A stretch of 64,000 nt of DNA from an uncultured Bacilli bacterium (GTDB lineage Bacteria; Bacillota_I; Bacilli_A; RF39; UBA660). The DNA lies in assembly GCA_934162285.1 (NCBI GenBank), contig CAKPHY010000001.1, positions 6,510 through 70,509 of the forward strand, in the 5' to 3' direction. Positions 7,962 through 18,046 of this stretch are shown here, piece after piece (position 1 is the stretch's first letter; every line of letters begins with the position of its first letter). Position numbers and translations under genes: made by a program. Below the pieces are notes generated by a model. The model was not told the DNA's origin. It did no database searches and worked only from the letters and a program-made list of their open reading frames with translations.

Positions 7962-9557
7962 TCATTGAAAGTTTTTGATGATCGCGCTTGTAATTGCATC
8001 GGCAATTTTTTCAGTTGAGTTAATTATCCAAAGAGCATCATCATAATTATCATGAAAACCAATTTCTAAGAGTATTCCATGGTTTACATTTTTTTCGTCA
8101 ATTTCATACATCATTTTAAAATCAGTTCCAAATTTAACACCACTACGATAAGATGGTCCGGTATAAACTTTCATCAATTCTTGTTGAACAATATTAGCAA
8201 ATATTAACATGTCCGATTCTCTTCTAGAAATATAAGAATCAATTCCACGAGCTTTACCTTCAAGAGGATAACCATTAGTACTAGCATTAGTGTGTAAGGC
8301 AATATAAAGATCAGATTTTAATTTGTTACTTTCTTTTACACGATCAGGTAAATCTTTTTCTTGTTCTGCTCTTACTACTCGGAAGTTTTTTTCTTTTAAT
8401 TTTTTTTCTAATACTTTAGCTAAAACATTCATTTCTTCCATTTCAGTTCTATAACCTGCTCTTTTAACTCCTTGGTTTTGAGTTTGTCTAGAAGGACTTA
8501 AATAAATTAAAGGTCTTTGTTCTTTGATTTTAAAATCTATTTTTGATACTTCACTTTTTAAATTATTTTTAATGGCTATAGCAGTTATAATAGTATCTTT
8601 TTTTATAGTAATTGGTTGATCATACTTGATAGAATTTTCATCGGGAATAGTATTATCTAATGTATAATATATTTCACCATTATTAGGACTTTTTAAATCG
8701 ATAGTAGTATCTTTAACTACTTCATTTTCATTGCTACTATAAACTTGTAATAATTTTTCTTGTTCTTTAACTTTAAAAGTTATTTTTTCTTCTTTTAAAA
8801 TCATCTGGGAATTTTTATTTAAATATTTTACTTCTAAATTATAGTTCGTGTTTTCTTTTAATAATTCTTTTTTTACTAAATATTCGCATTTATTAATATT
8901 ATTAAAAACTACTTTTTTATTTTGTTTTAATGTTAATAAACAATCAAGATTAGTTTCTATTTTTATATAGAAGTCTTCATATAAAATTGCTTCTTGATCT
9001 AAAGGATAAATTATTTTACTTTCATTAGATCTAGAATAATAAACTTTATTTATTAAAATATCATTTTGATATAATTCTAATTTAACATTATCAAAATTTA
9101 ATTCTTCATTTTCTTTTATTTCTTTTAATGCAACGTCATTTTTTTTAATTAATATTTTATAGTTGCTATTTAATTTATTTTTAATTTCTACTTTATTATC
9201 ATTTATTTCTATGTAAGCTATATTCCATTCTAATAATTCCCTTTTAGATTTTCTTAATTCCCTATTTTTATTATTATAAGATATTATTTGAATATACATT
9301 TTTTCTTTTAAGTTATTGATATTACTTAAATTTATCATGTTAGTATTAGTTTTTTTCACATCAATTAAGTTGTTTTTTTCATCATAAATATTAATTAAAT
9401 AATAAGTAGCTTTTTTATCTTTATTAAAATATAAATTATTTAAAGTTACTTGATCATTTATATTTTGATAAAATTTTATATTTTTAATTTCTTTTTTATT
9501 AAAAATAACAATTAAAAAAGCTATGATACAGCTTAATACAATTAGTTTCTTTTTCAT
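7962..9557 (-). CDS. N-acetylmuramoyl-L-alanine amidase family protein (Amidase_3-like C-terminal domain) with N-terminal repeats
   Basis: C-terminal LIYLSPSRQ...LYIALHTNAS...GIDSYIS resembles the Amidase_3 fold (LFISIHADA-type motif); N-terminal signal anchor. Confidence 0.5.
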   Translation of the reverse strand: MKKKLIVLSCIIAFLIVIFNKKEIKNIKFYQNINDQVTLNNLYFNKDKKATYYLINIYDEKNNLIDVKKTNTNMINLSNINNLKEKMYIQIISYNNKNRELRKSKRELLEWNIAYIEINDNKVEIKNKLNSNYKILIKKNDVALKEIKENEELNFDNVKLELYQNDILINKVYYSRSNESKIIYPLDQEAILYEDFYIKIETNLDCLLTLKQNKKVVFNNINKCEYLVKKELLKENTNYNLEVKYLNKNSQMILKEEKITFKVKEQEKLLQVYSSNENEVVKDTTIDLKSPNNGEIYYTLDNTIPDENSIKYDQPITIKKDTIITAIAIKNNLKSEVSKIDFKIKEQRPLIYLSPSRQTQNQGVKRAGYRTEMEEMNVLAKVLEKKLKEKNFRVVRAEQEKDLPDRVKESNKLKSDLYIALHTNASTNGYPLEGKARGIDSYISRRESDMLIFANIVQQELMKVYTGPSYRSGVKFGTDFKMMYEIDEKNVNHGILLEIGFHDNYDDALWIINSTEKIADAITSAIIKNFQ

Positions 9558-9599
9558 TTTATCACCTACTAATTGTATGCCTGTCCATAGCTTTTTATT

Positions 9600-11699
9600 T
9601 TATATAGTTAATTCATTTTGATCGACTTTAATTTCTAAAGTTGTACCTTCTTTTAATTCTCCAGATAACAACTTTTTAGCAATTAATGTTTCTAACTTTT
9701 CAGTTACATATCGTTTAATTGGTCTAGCTCCGTAAGCTTCATTATAAGAATGATCAATAATGAAATTAGCAGCTTCATCAGTTAATTTTAATGTTATTCT
9801 TTTATCTTTTAAACGAGCTTCTAAATCTTTAATTATTTTAGTTAATATTTCTTTAATAACATCTTTATTTAAAGCATTAAAAATAACTATTTCATCTATT
9901 CTATTTAAAAATTCTGGTTTAAAATTAGCTCGCAATTCATTCATAACTTTTTCACGATCATTATTTTCTAAAATGTGTTCGCTTCCTAAATTTGAAGTCA
10001 TAATAATGATAGTGTTTTTAAAATCAACTGTACGACCTTGAGAATCAGTTAAACGTCCATCGTCTAATATTTGAAGTAATATATTAAATACATCTTTATG
10101 AGCTTTTTCTATTTCATCAAATAGAATGATACTATATGGATTTCTTCTAACAGCTTCGGTTAATTGACCACCTTCATCGTAACCTACATATCCGGGAGGC
10201 GCTCCAACTAATCTAGATACTGAAAAGCTTTCCATATATTCTGACATATCAATACGAATCATATGACGTTCATCATCAAATAGTTCATATGCTAATGTTT
10301 TAGCAACTTCAGTTTTACCAACACCAGTTGGTCCTAAGAAAATGAATGAACCAATTGGTCTATTAGGATCTTTAATGCCAGAACGAGCACGAATGATTGC
10401 TTCGCACACTAATTTTATAGCTTCATCTTGACCTTTAACGCGTTTAATCATATTAGTTTCTAAATTCATTAATTTTTCTTTTTCTGTTCCTACTAATTTA
10501 CTTATAGGAATATTAGTCCATCTAGAAATTATTTCAGCAATTGATTCATCAGTAACAGTATCACTTAAAATTTGATATTTATCACTTTTTTTCAACTCTT
10601 CAATTTCTTTTTCTAACGTTGGAATTACACCATGACGCAACTTAGCAGCTGCTTCTAGGTCGTAATTATTTTCAGCTTGTTCTAAATTGAATTTTGCTTT
10701 TTCTAATTCTTCTTTTTTCTTACTGATTGTTTCGTTGATATTTTTTTCTTTTTCCCACTTACCACGTAGTTCAGATTCATCTTTCTTCAAGGTTTCTATT
10801 TGTTCTTTAATTTCAACTACACGTTTTTTAGAATCTTCATCATTATCTTTTTTAATAGCTTGAAGTTCTATTTGTAATTGCATTATTTTTCTAGTTAAGC
10901 GATCTAATTCTACTGGTGATGAATCCATTTGCACTTTGATAGTAGCACAAGCTTCATCAACTAAATCGATTGCTTTATCTGGCAAGAAACGATCAGTTAT
11001 ATAACGATCAGATAAGGTAGCAGCCGCAATTAAGGCACTGTCTTTTATATTAACACCATGATATACTTCAAAACGTTCTTTTAACCCACGCAAAATAGTA
11101 ATAGTATCTAAAACATTAGGTTCAGTAACTAATACTTTTTGAAAACGACGTTCTAAAGCTCCATCTTTTTCTATGTATTTACGATATTCATTTAAAGTAG
11201 TAGCTCCAATACAATGAATTTCACCACGAGCAAGTAATGGTTTTAACATATTACCAGCATCCATAGCACCTTCCATAGCTCCAGCTCCTACTAACATATG
11301 AATTTCATCAATGAAAAGAATGATTTTGCCTTCACTTTTAGTTATTTCTTTTAAAACAGCTTTTAATCGTTCTTCAAATTCACCACGATATTTAGCACCA
11401 GCAATTAAAGCTCCCATATCTAATTCCCAAATAGTTTTATCTTTTAAGGAATTAGGTACATCGCCTTTTATTATTCTTAAAGCAAGTCCTTCTACAATAG
11501 CAGTTTTACCAACACCTGGTTCACCTATTAATACGGGATTGTTTTTAGTTTTTCTTGATAAAATACGGGTAATACTACGAATTTCTTCATCTCGACCAAT
11601 GACGGGATCTATTTTTCCACTCTTGGCTGCATCTACAATATTACGGCCATATTTTTCTAAAACATTTTCAAGATTTTCTTGATATGGATTTTGATTCAT
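9600..11699 (-). CDS. clpB: ClpB chaperone lacking the N-terminal domain
   Basis: Two AAA modules ([15 protein letters not shown] and [10 protein letters not shown]), a ClpB-type coiled-coil M-domain between them and a C-terminal domain. Begins at the NBD1 linker; no in-frame N-domain upstream. Confidence 0.9.
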   Translation of the reverse strand: MNQNPYQENLENVLEKYGRNIVDAAKSGKIDPVIGRDEEIRSITRILSRKTKNNPVLIGEPGVGKTAIVEGLALRIIKGDVPNSLKDKTIWELDMGALIAGAKYRGEFEERLKAVLKEITKSEGKIILFIDEIHMLVGAGAMEGAMDAGNMLKPLLARGEIHCIGATTLNEYRKYIEKDGALERRFQKVLVTEPNVLDTITILRGLKERFEVYHGVNIKDSALIAAATLSDRYITDRFLPDKAIDLVDEACATIKVQMDSSPVELDRLTRKIMQLQIELQAIKKDNDEDSKKRVVEIKEQIETLKKDESELRGKWEKEKNINETISKKKEELEKAKFNLEQAENNYDLEAAAKLRHGVIPTLEKEIEELKKSDKYQILSDTVTDESIAEIISRWTNIPISKLVGTEKEKLMNLETNMIKRVKGQDEAIKLVCEAIIRARSGIKDPNRPIGSFIFLGPTGVGKTEVAKTLAYELFDDERHMIRIDMSEYMESFSVSRLVGAPPGYVGYDEGGQLTEAVRRNPYSIILFDEIEKAHKDVFNILLQILDDGRLTDSQGRTVDFKNTIIIMTSNLGSEHILENNDREKVMNELRANFKPEFLNRIDEIVIFNALNKDVIKEILTKIIKDLEARLKDKRITLKLTDEAANFIIDHSYNEAYGARPIKRYVTEKLETLIAKKLLSGELKEGTTLEIKVDQNELTI

Positions 11700-11720
11700 A
11701 ATTATCCCCTCCTAAAAAAA

Positions 11721-11748
11721 TTATGTTGCTTTTTTTACAACATAATAA
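11721..11748 (-). terminator. hairpin plus U-tract in the clpB 5' leader, possibly a terminator for the upstream MBL gene or an attenuator
   Basis: TTATGTTG-taaaaaaag-CAACATAA followed by TTTTTTT, then AGGAGGGG and the ATG. Confidence 0.5.
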
Positions 11749-11775
11749 TTATACCACACTATTAGCACTTGTCAA
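11748..11775 (-). promoter_or_regulatory. sigma-A promoter of clpB (-35 TTGACA, 16-nt spacer, extended -10 TGgTATAAT)
   Basis: Minus-strand sequence cTATTGACAagtgctaatagtgTGgTATAATtatt. Confidence 0.7.
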
Positions 11776-11788
11776 TAGAGAGTGCTAA
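11762..11788 (-). promoter_or_regulatory. CIRCE element (HrcA operator) overlapping the clpB promoter
   Basis: TTAGCACTT-GTCAATAGA-GAGTGCTAA against the consensus TTAGCACTC-N9-GAGTGCTAA (17 of 18); the -35 lies within the spacer and right arm. Confidence 0.8.
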
Positions 11789-12303
11789 TTTAAATAAATA
11801 TTATTCATTTTTTCAGTTTTAAGGCTTGTCATTTCACCATGACCAGGATAAACAATTATATCTTCAGGATATTCTTTAATTTTATTAATTGACTCGATCA
11901 TCAAATGTGGATTACTATCTAGCATATCAGTTCTCCCGATTGTTCCTTTAAATAGAAAGTCACCTGTAAACAAAATTTTTTCCTTTGGAAAATAGATTGA
12001 TATTCCTGTATTGCTATGACCTTTAGTAGATATTATTTCAAAATTAAATGGATCAATGTTTATTATTCCAATATTATGACAATCATAAACAGGAATTTGA
12101 TAATTTTTTTTAATTTCTTCTAAAGCACCAATGTGATCAAAGTGGTAATGCGTAATTATGATAGCTACTGGTATTAAATTTCCTATAGTGTTAATTATTT
12201 TACTAGCTTCTGCTCCCGGATCAATTATTAAACATTTATTAGTAGAAATGACGAGATAACAATTAGTTTGTAATTTGCCTACTATTATTCTTTTTACTTG
12301 CAT
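11785..12303 (-). CDS. MBL-fold metallo-hydrolase
   Basis: HxHxDH motif ITHYHFDHIG and downstream His/Asp ligands. Confidence 0.75.
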   Translation of the reverse strand: MQVKRIIVGKLQTNCYLVISTNKCLIIDPGAEASKIINTIGNLIPVAIIITHYHFDHIGALEEIKKNYQIPVYDCHNIGIINIDPFNFEIISTKGHSNTGISIYFPKEKILFTGDFLFKGTIGRTDMLDSNPHLMIESINKIKEYPEDIIVYPGHGEMTSLKTEKMNNIYLN

Positions 12304-12797
12304 AATTCTAAATTCAATACTTCTTCCAAATCAGAGATAACAGGATATTTAGATATTTTTTTAGTTTTTGAAAATTTAATACCTATACCACCATGTTCTT
12401 CCCAATCTTCTAAATTACCAGTAAAGTCGTCAATTAAAATTGAATCTTTAGCACAAACCATATCAGTTTTAGCTACTTCTTTGGGAACAACAATAATCGT
12501 TACATCTTTTAAAAATCTTCTTATAAATTTAATTTTAGCAATACTTTCTTTTTGACTAACAACATGGGTTAAAATAGAAACATCAAAAACATTTTCAGTT
12601 ATAATTTTAGCGATTTTATGCATGCTATCATTTATTAATGGTGTTTTATTTAAAAGATCTTCCCAGTCAAGATTTTGATAAAAAAGCATGACACTATCTA
12701 AATTTTTTCGATCAATTTTTTGTTTATTCATCATTTCATAAGTTACTTCAATGGTATCAGAAATAACACCATCAAAATCAATGTATAAATTTTTCAT
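12294..12797 (-). CDS. HAD-superfamily 5'(3')-deoxyribonucleotidase-like hydrolase
   Basis: N-terminal DxDGV motif (LYIDFDGVISDT), as in HAD phosphatases of the NT5C/YorS type. Confidence 0.5.
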   Translation of the reverse strand: MKNLYIDFDGVISDTIEVTYEMMNKQKIDRKNLDSVMLFYQNLDWEDLLNKTPLINDSMHKIAKIITENVFDVSILTHVVSQKESIAKIKFIRRFLKDVTIIVVPKEVAKTDMVCAKDSILIDDFTGNLEDWEEHGGIGIKFSKTKKISKYPVISDLEEVLNLELCK

Positions 12798-12805
12798 GTT
12801 ATCAC

Positions 12806-12841
12806 CTATTTTGATTTTAGCATTTTTGTTACAAAAAAGGA
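12806..12841 (-). terminator. rho-independent terminator of the infC-rpmI-rplT operon
   Basis: GGAAGTTT-atttt-AAAACTTCC hairpin followed on the minus strand by TTTTTT. Confidence 0.7.
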
Positions 12842-12844
12842 AGT

Positions 12845-13357
12845 TTATTTTAAAACTTCCAATAATTCTGCTTTCTTCATAGCAGTAAATCCTTCGATTC
12901 CTTTTGCTTTTGCTAATTCACGTAATTCAGCAACTGTCATTTTAGAAATATCAGTTGTTTTTTTAGTTGCTTTTTCTTTTTTAGCAACAGCAGCTGTTTT
13001 TTCTTCTAAAGCTTTCTTTGAAATTTCAACTAATGAAGTGAATGCTTTTGGATTATCAATTGCTAATTCACTTAACATCTTACGGTTGAATACAACACCT
13101 GCTTTATTTAAACCATTGATGAATTTAGAATAACTAATTTCATTTTGACGGCAAGCAGCATTGATTCTTGTAATCCATAATTTACGGAAATCTCTTTTCT
13201 TTTGCTTACGATCACGGTATGCATATTTTCCAGAATGCATAACTTGTTCGGCTGCTGACTTATATAGTCTATGTTTACTTCCAAAGTATCCTTTGGCTTG
13301 ATCCATTATTTTTTTGCGACGTGCACGATGAATAGTGCCACCTTTAACTCTTGTCAT
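12845..13357 (-). CDS. rplT: 50S ribosomal protein L20 with a ~45-aa C-terminal Rho_N/SAP-like extension
   Basis: [16 protein letters not shown]...[15 protein letters not shown] matches L20; the extra tail [32 protein letters not shown] resembles the Rho N-terminal helix motif. Confidence 0.9.
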   Translation of the reverse strand: MTRVKGGTIHRARRKKIMDQAKGYFGSKHRLYKSAAEQVMHSGKYAYRDRKQKKRDFRKLWITRINAACRQNEISYSKFINGLNKAGVVFNRKMLSELAIDNPKAFTSLVEISKKALEEKTAAVAKKEKATKKTTDISKMTVAELRELAKAKGIEGFTAMKKAELLEVLK

Positions 13358-13369
13358 TTTTTAACCTCC

Positions 13370-13564
13370 TTACTTTGCTAAAACGTTTTTCAATCTTTTC
13401 ATATCTGACTTATTCATATTTGAAGCAGATCTTGCTTTACGATTGAATGCAGCGTTTTTCTTTCCTGTATTGTGTCTAGAACCAGGCATACCTATTTTTA
13501 CTGTTCCACCTGGACGAACATTAGCAACTTTTGCAGTTCCTTTATGTGTTTTAATTTTTGGCAT
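13370..13564 (-). CDS. rpmI: 50S ribosomal protein L35
   Basis: MPKIKTHKGTAK... 64 aa. Confidence 0.9.
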   Translation of the reverse strand: MPKIKTHKGTAKVANVRPGGTVKIGMPGSRHNTGKKNAAFNRKARSASNMNKSDMKRLKNVLAK

Positions 13565-13574
13565 AAAATTCCTC

Positions 13575-14105
13575 CTATTTTTCTTTTTTTGGCATTAATA
13601 TCATTGTCATATATCTACCTTCTAATGTTGGCTTTTGTTCAACATCAGCAACATTACTTAAGGCTGTAGCAAATTTTAGTAAAACATCACGACCTAATTC
13701 AGGGTGAGCCATCTCACGACCTTTAAATCTAATTGAAGCTTTTACTTTATGGCCTTTAACTAAATATTTTGACGAATTATTAACACGAGTATTAAAATCA
13801 TGAACATCAATTGTAACTGAAAGACGATATTCTTTTAATTCAAGATTATTTTCTCTTTGTTTTTTCATGTTTTCTTTTTGACGTTTTTTATTTTCATACT
13901 TAAATTTGTTATAATCCATTATTTTGCATACTTGAGGATTAGCATTAGGATTAATCAATACTAAATCAAAGCCTGCATATGTAGCCAACGTTAAAGCATC
14001 TTTAATATTTTTGATACCTAGTTGTTCTCCATTAGGACCTATAACCATTACTTCTTTTGCTCTGATCTGTTCATTTATAAACAAATCTCTTTCTTTACTA
14101 GCGAT
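13575..14105 (-). CDS. infC: translation initiation factor IF-3, probable non-AUG (AUC) start
   Basis: INEQIRAKEVMVIGPNGEQLG... matches the IF-3 N-terminus. GGAGGTG sits 7 nt upstream of the in-frame ATC at 14105-14103. The annotated ATG at 14150 has no Shine-Dalgarno and adds 15 non-conserved residues. Confidence 0.8.
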   Translation of the reverse strand: MASKERDLFINEQIRAKEVMVIGPNGEQLGIKNIKDALTLATYAGFDLVLINPNANPQVCKIMDYNKFKYENKKRQKENMKKQRENNLELKEYRLSVTIDVHDFNTRVNNSSKYLVKGHKVKASIRFKGREMAHPELGRDVLLKFATALSNVADVEQKPTLEGRYMTMILMPKKEK

Positions 14106-14149
14106 AAAATGACACCTCCAAATAAAAAGTGAATGCGAGAATGCATCCA

Positions 14150-14395
14150 CTTAAAAACCACTAAATGATATTAGGCATGTTTCTTAACCCAAAGACTTAA
14201 TCAATCGGGTGAGAAGTGGATACTTCTTCTTTCCTTTTTAAATACACCAGTATTATAAACAATATTATGTTTTTTGTCAACTAAATATGTTAATTTTTAT
14301 TTTTTTTCAAGTTTTAACTTGAATATATTTATATTATAACAAAATTTTTTTAAATATCAACTAATTAAGTTGTATAATTTAAGTAGGAGGTAAAT
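14150..14395 (-). promoter_or_regulatory. infC-rpmI-rplT leader region (candidate L20-leader autoregulatory RNA)
   Basis: 245-bp untranslated leader containing the imperfect hairpin GAGAAGT-ggat-ACTTCTTC; Firmicutes regulate this operon through an L20-binding leader structure. Confidence 0.3.
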
Positions 14396-14755
14396 ATGGA
14401 TTGTTTATTTTGTAAAATTATCAAAGGTGATATTCCTTCATATAAGATTTATGAAGATGAATTAGTTTTAGCTTTTTTAGATATTAATCCTAAAAGTAAT
14501 GGTCATACTTTAATTATACCTAAAAAACATTATACTGATTATTTAGAATTAGATAATGAAATTTATGAGCATATGTTAGAAGTAGGCCAAAAAATTCAAA
14601 AGGAAATTGCTGATAAATTAAAAGCAACAGGTTTTACATTTCTTTTTAATTATGGTGATACTCAAGAAGTTAAACATTTTCATTTACATATTATTCCTAA
14701 ATATGAAAATAAAACTTTAGCTGATCCTAAAGATATATATGATTTATTAAAATAA
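14396..14755 (+). CDS. HIT-family (histidine triad) hydrolase
   Basis: HFHLHIIP histidine-triad motif; 119 aa; AGGAGG Shine-Dalgarno. Confidence 0.85.
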   Translation: MDCLFCKIIKGDIPSYKIYEDELVLAFLDINPKSNGHTLIIPKKHYTDYLELDNEIYEHMLEVGQKIQKEIADKLKATGFTFLFNYGDTQEVKHFHLHIIPKYENKTLADPKDIYDLLK

Positions 14756-14811
14756 AACTTCGGTTTTATTTTTTTATAAAAAAGAATCACTCTTTTATAA
14801 TAAGTGATTCT
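14752..14811. terminator. bidirectional terminator region between the convergent HIT and gpmI genes
   Basis: AAAACTTCGGTTTT followed by ATTTTTTT on the plus strand; second palindrome GAATCACT-N11-AGTGATTC overlapping the gpmI stop. Confidence 0.6.
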
Positions 14812-16292
14812 CCTGTCATTTCTTCAGGTTTTGTTAGTTCTAATAATTCAAGTAACGTTGGAGCGATATCAGCTAAAATTCCTTTGCGCAAACTTTTAAC
14901 ATTAGTATTAAAAACTATTAAAGGTACTAGATTAGTTGTATGAGCTGTCATAGGATTTCCTGATTCATCAACCATTACTTCACAGTTACCATGATCGGCA
15001 GTAACGATCATGGCTCCATTTAACTCTTTTAACTTAGCAATTATTTTCCCTAGACAAACATCTAATGTTTCAACGGCTTTAACAGCAGCTTCATAATTTC
15101 CTGTATGACCAACCATATCACCATTAGCAAAATTTAAAATTACTAAATCAACTTTATCAAGATTTTCAAGTAATTTTTCTGTTACTTCATAAGCACTCAT
15201 TTCAGGTTTTAAATCATATGTAGCTACTTTAGGTGATGGTATTAAAATTCTTGTGCAATCAGGTATTTCTTTATCTAAGCCACCATCAAAGAAATAAGTA
15301 ACATGAGCATATTTTTCAGTTTCGGCAATTCTTAATTGTTTTAAACCTTTACTAGATACATAATCACCTAAGGTATTTTTTAGTTCATCTAACTTGAAAG
15401 CATTAGTTGTTATAACGTCATCACTGACTTTCATCATAGTAACTAATTTTATATTATTAAATTTTTTTACTTCCATTTCTTTAAAATTTGGATTAGTGAT
15501 AGCATAAAATAATTCTCTTAGGCGATCTGGGCGATAGTTAAATACTATTAATCCATCATTATCTTCAATATTACCATTTTCTGATAATACAGCTGGTTTA
15601 ATAAATTCATCAGTTATATCTAAACTATAATTATGATCAATTGCTTCGACATAACTTAGATAATGTTCCCCGTTTTTATTAACAATTGCATCATAAGCTA
15701 ATTTAATTCTTTCCCAGCGATTATCACGATCCATAGCATAGAATCTACCAGATATGGTTGCTATTTCACCTATTTTAGTTTCTTTAATTTTATTATCTAA
15801 AATTTCAAAATATTTCTTTGATGATTTTGGTGAAGTATCGCGACCATCTGTAAATAAGTGATAATAAACATTATTGATATTTTCTTTTTTACACATATCA
15901 ATAAGGGCTAGTAAGTGGTTAATGTGCGAATGAATACCACCATCACTTAAAAGACCAAATATATGCAATTTAGAATTATTTTTTTTGACATGATTCATAA
16001 CTTCTAAGATTTGTTCATTATTAAAGAATTCTTGATTTTTGATTTTATTATTAATTAATTGTAATGGTTGATATACTATTCTGCCAGCACCAATATTTAA
16101 GTGACCAACCTCAGAATTACCCATTTGACCAATTGGTAAACCTACAACTTCACCACTGGCTTCAATAGTTGTATGAGGATAATTATTCCATAAATATTCA
16201 AAATTAGGTTTGTTAGCGTTTTTAAAAGCATTACCTAACGAATTTTCACTTAAACCTACTCCATCTAATATTGTTAAAACTACTGGTTTCAT
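14787..16292 (-). CDS. gpmI: 2,3-bisphosphoglycerate-independent phosphoglycerate mutase
   Basis: 501 aa; N-terminal MKPVVLTILDGVG and a metal-binding DGG...SHG pattern typical of iPGM. Confidence 0.9.
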   Translation of the reverse strand: MKPVVLTILDGVGLSENSLGNAFKNANKPNFEYLWNNYPHTTIEASGEVVGLPIGQMGNSEVGHLNIGAGRIVYQPLQLINNKIKNQEFFNNEQILEVMNHVKKNNSKLHIFGLLSDGGIHSHINHLLALIDMCKKENINNVYYHLFTDGRDTSPKSSKKYFEILDNKIKETKIGEIATISGRFYAMDRDNRWERIKLAYDAIVNKNGEHYLSYVEAIDHNYSLDITDEFIKPAVLSENGNIEDNDGLIVFNYRPDRLRELFYAITNPNFKEMEVKKFNNIKLVTMMKVSDDVITTNAFKLDELKNTLGDYVSSKGLKQLRIAETEKYAHVTYFFDGGLDKEIPDCTRILIPSPKVATYDLKPEMSAYEVTEKLLENLDKVDLVILNFANGDMVGHTGNYEAAVKAVETLDVCLGKIIAKLKELNGAMIVTADHGNCEVMVDESGNPMTAHTTNLVPLIVFNTNVKSLRKGILADIAPTLLELLELTKPEEMTGESLIIKE

Positions 16293-16296
16293 TAAT

Positions 16297-17148
16297 TCAT
16301 CTTCCTTCTATTTTATTAACTAGTATTTTTACGTCTTCAGGCATTTCTGTTGTTATAGTTATTCCTTTTTTTATTAATTTGAAATCAAAGCGATGGAATT
16401 TTTTTATTTCACCATCTAAATTTACACTTAAAACATTAGGAATTTCAGCTATAAAAGATAGTTCATCTATAAGTTCTTTATTTAAAAATTCTTCATGTTT
16501 ACCTTGTAGTAATTTTAAAAGAATTTTTAAAAGTTTAAATTTAGTAACTTCACCTATTTCATATTTATCCAAAAAGCCATCAGTTAAAGAAGCCGTAGGA
16601 GCTATTTTAAAGCCACCGCCATAATACTTTCCGTTACAAAGGGTTAGCATAGCTATTTCTTTATTAGTAACTTGATCAACTTCAATTTTTTTTAATATTT
16701 CTTGAATTAAACCTATGATATAGGAAGCATGTCCAACAATGCGACGATTTTTTAAAGCATTTTCGCATACGCGAGCATCAAAACCTAATGAAGCTATATT
16801 TAAAAAATATTCATAATTTATTTGACCAATATCAATTTTAGTTGGACCTGTTATTTTTTCTTCTTTTAAAGTTCGAGCAAAATCATTACCACTACCTAAT
16901 GGTATTACACCCATAATTGCTTTAGATCCAACAACTCCATTTAAAACAGAATTTAAAGTCCCATCGCCACCAACTGCATAAATTACTTTGGATTCTTCAT
17001 TATTGCTTTTAAGGAAAGCATAATAATTTGTTTCAGCTGCATTACTAGGAACTATTATTTCACGGTTTTCTTTAGATGATATTCCTTCTATAAAATGTTT
17101 TATTTTACCTTTTCCTGAACTTGGATTAACTATAAATACTTCTTTCAT
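16297..17148 (-). CDS. diacylglycerol/lipid kinase catalytic-domain protein (DagK/YegS family)
   Basis: GGDGTLNSVLNG motif; 283 aa. Confidence 0.75.
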   Translation of the reverse strand: MKEVFIVNPSSGKGKIKHFIEGISSKENREIIVPSNAAETNYYAFLKSNNEESKVIYAVGGDGTLNSVLNGVVGSKAIMGVIPLGSGNDFARTLKEEKITGPTKIDIGQINYEYFLNIASLGFDARVCENALKNRRIVGHASYIIGLIQEILKKIEVDQVTNKEIAMLTLCNGKYYGGGFKIAPTASLTDGFLDKYEIGEVTKFKLLKILLKLLQGKHEEFLNKELIDELSFIAEIPNVLSVNLDGEIKKFHRFDFKLIKKGITITTEMPEDVKILVNKIEGR

Positions 17149-17211
17149 ACCTTATCCCCCTATTAATATTTTAACATAAATTAACGCAAAAAAGAAGATA
17201 ATGTGCATTAT

Positions 17212-17976
17212 CTAGTTTTTAACGGCATGAAATTCTAATCTTAGTTTATCAGCTATAGTAACAATAAATTCAGAGTTAGTTGGTTTAGCTTTATCTATAT
17301 CAACACTATGACCAAATATTTCTTCCATAAGATTCCAATTACCACGATTCCAACTTACTTCAATCGCATGTCTTATCGCTCTTTCAACACGTGAAACGGT
17401 TGTATCAAATTTATCAGCTAGTTCTGGATATAATTCCTTAGTTATTCCACCTATTGTTTCCGGTCTTTCATATACGATACTTATACCTTCACGAATGTAT
17501 TGATAGCCTTTAATATGTGAAGGAATTCCTAATTCGTGTAATATTTTAGTTATGGACATATGTAAATTATCCTTTTTAAAATCAATATTTTTAGTTTCAA
17601 TATTAGTTTTAGTTGTTTCTAATATTCTTTTTTCTAAGTCACACAACTCAAAAGGTTTTAAAATGAAATAAGAAACTCCAAATTCAGCTACTTGTCTAAT
17701 TACTTCACTGGCATTGTAAGAGGTTGCAACTATAACTTTCTTATCAATATGTCTTTTTTGCATTTCTTCTAAAACATATATTCCGTCTTTCTTAGGCATA
17801 ATTAAGTCAAGAATCATAACATCAATTTCGTCTTTATGTTTTTCTAATTCAATTATTCCTTCTTCACCATTATATGCTTCATAAGTTATTTCAATATTTT
17901 TATCTTTAAAATACTCCTTAACCATTTCAATTAAATTAACATTATCGTCTATCATTAAGACTTTTATTTTATCCAT
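17212..17976 (-). CDS. spo0A: sporulation master response regulator Spo0A
   Basis: Receiver domain (IDDN...D) plus a C-terminal Spo0[19 protein letters not shown]...[22 protein letters not shown]...[18 protein letters not shown] nearly matches B. subtilis Spo0A. The ATG at 17976 is preceded by GGAGGA; the ORF track starts 28 codons upstream. Confidence 0.88.
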   Translation of the reverse strand: MDKIKVLMIDDNVNLIEMVKEYFKDKNIEITYEAYNGEEGIIELEKHKDEIDVMILDLIMPKKDGIYVLEEMQKRHIDKKVIVATSYNASEVIRQVAEFGVSYFILKPFELCDLEKRILETTKTNIETKNIDFKKDNLHMSITKILHELGIPSHIKGYQYIREGISIVYERPETIGGITKELYPELADKFDTTVSRVERAIRHAIEVSWNRGNWNLMEEIFGHSVDIDKAKPTNSEFIVTIADKLRLEFHAVKN

Positions 17977-18015
17977 TTTTTCCTCCTTATTTAATTTAAT
18001 TATATTTTTTTTACT

Positions 18016-18032
18016 TGTCGAACCTTGTCTAA
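18016..18032 (+). promoter_or_regulatory. tandem 0A-boxes (TGTCGAA-cct-TGTCTAA) in the spo0A upstream region
   Basis: One perfect and one 6-of-7 0A-box spaced 10 bp apart, 40-55 bp upstream of the spo0A start and just downstream of the tpiA stop. Confidence 0.45.
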
Positions 18033-18046
18033 AAAATAAAAGGAAG

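Noticed and set aside
9760-11682. Plus-strand ORFs of 93 and 123 aa inside clpB
   Set aside because: Antisense to a highly conserved gene; no independent support.
13472-13669. 65-aa plus-strand ORF spanning the rpmI/infC junction
   Set aside because: Antisense artefact in an AT-rich region.
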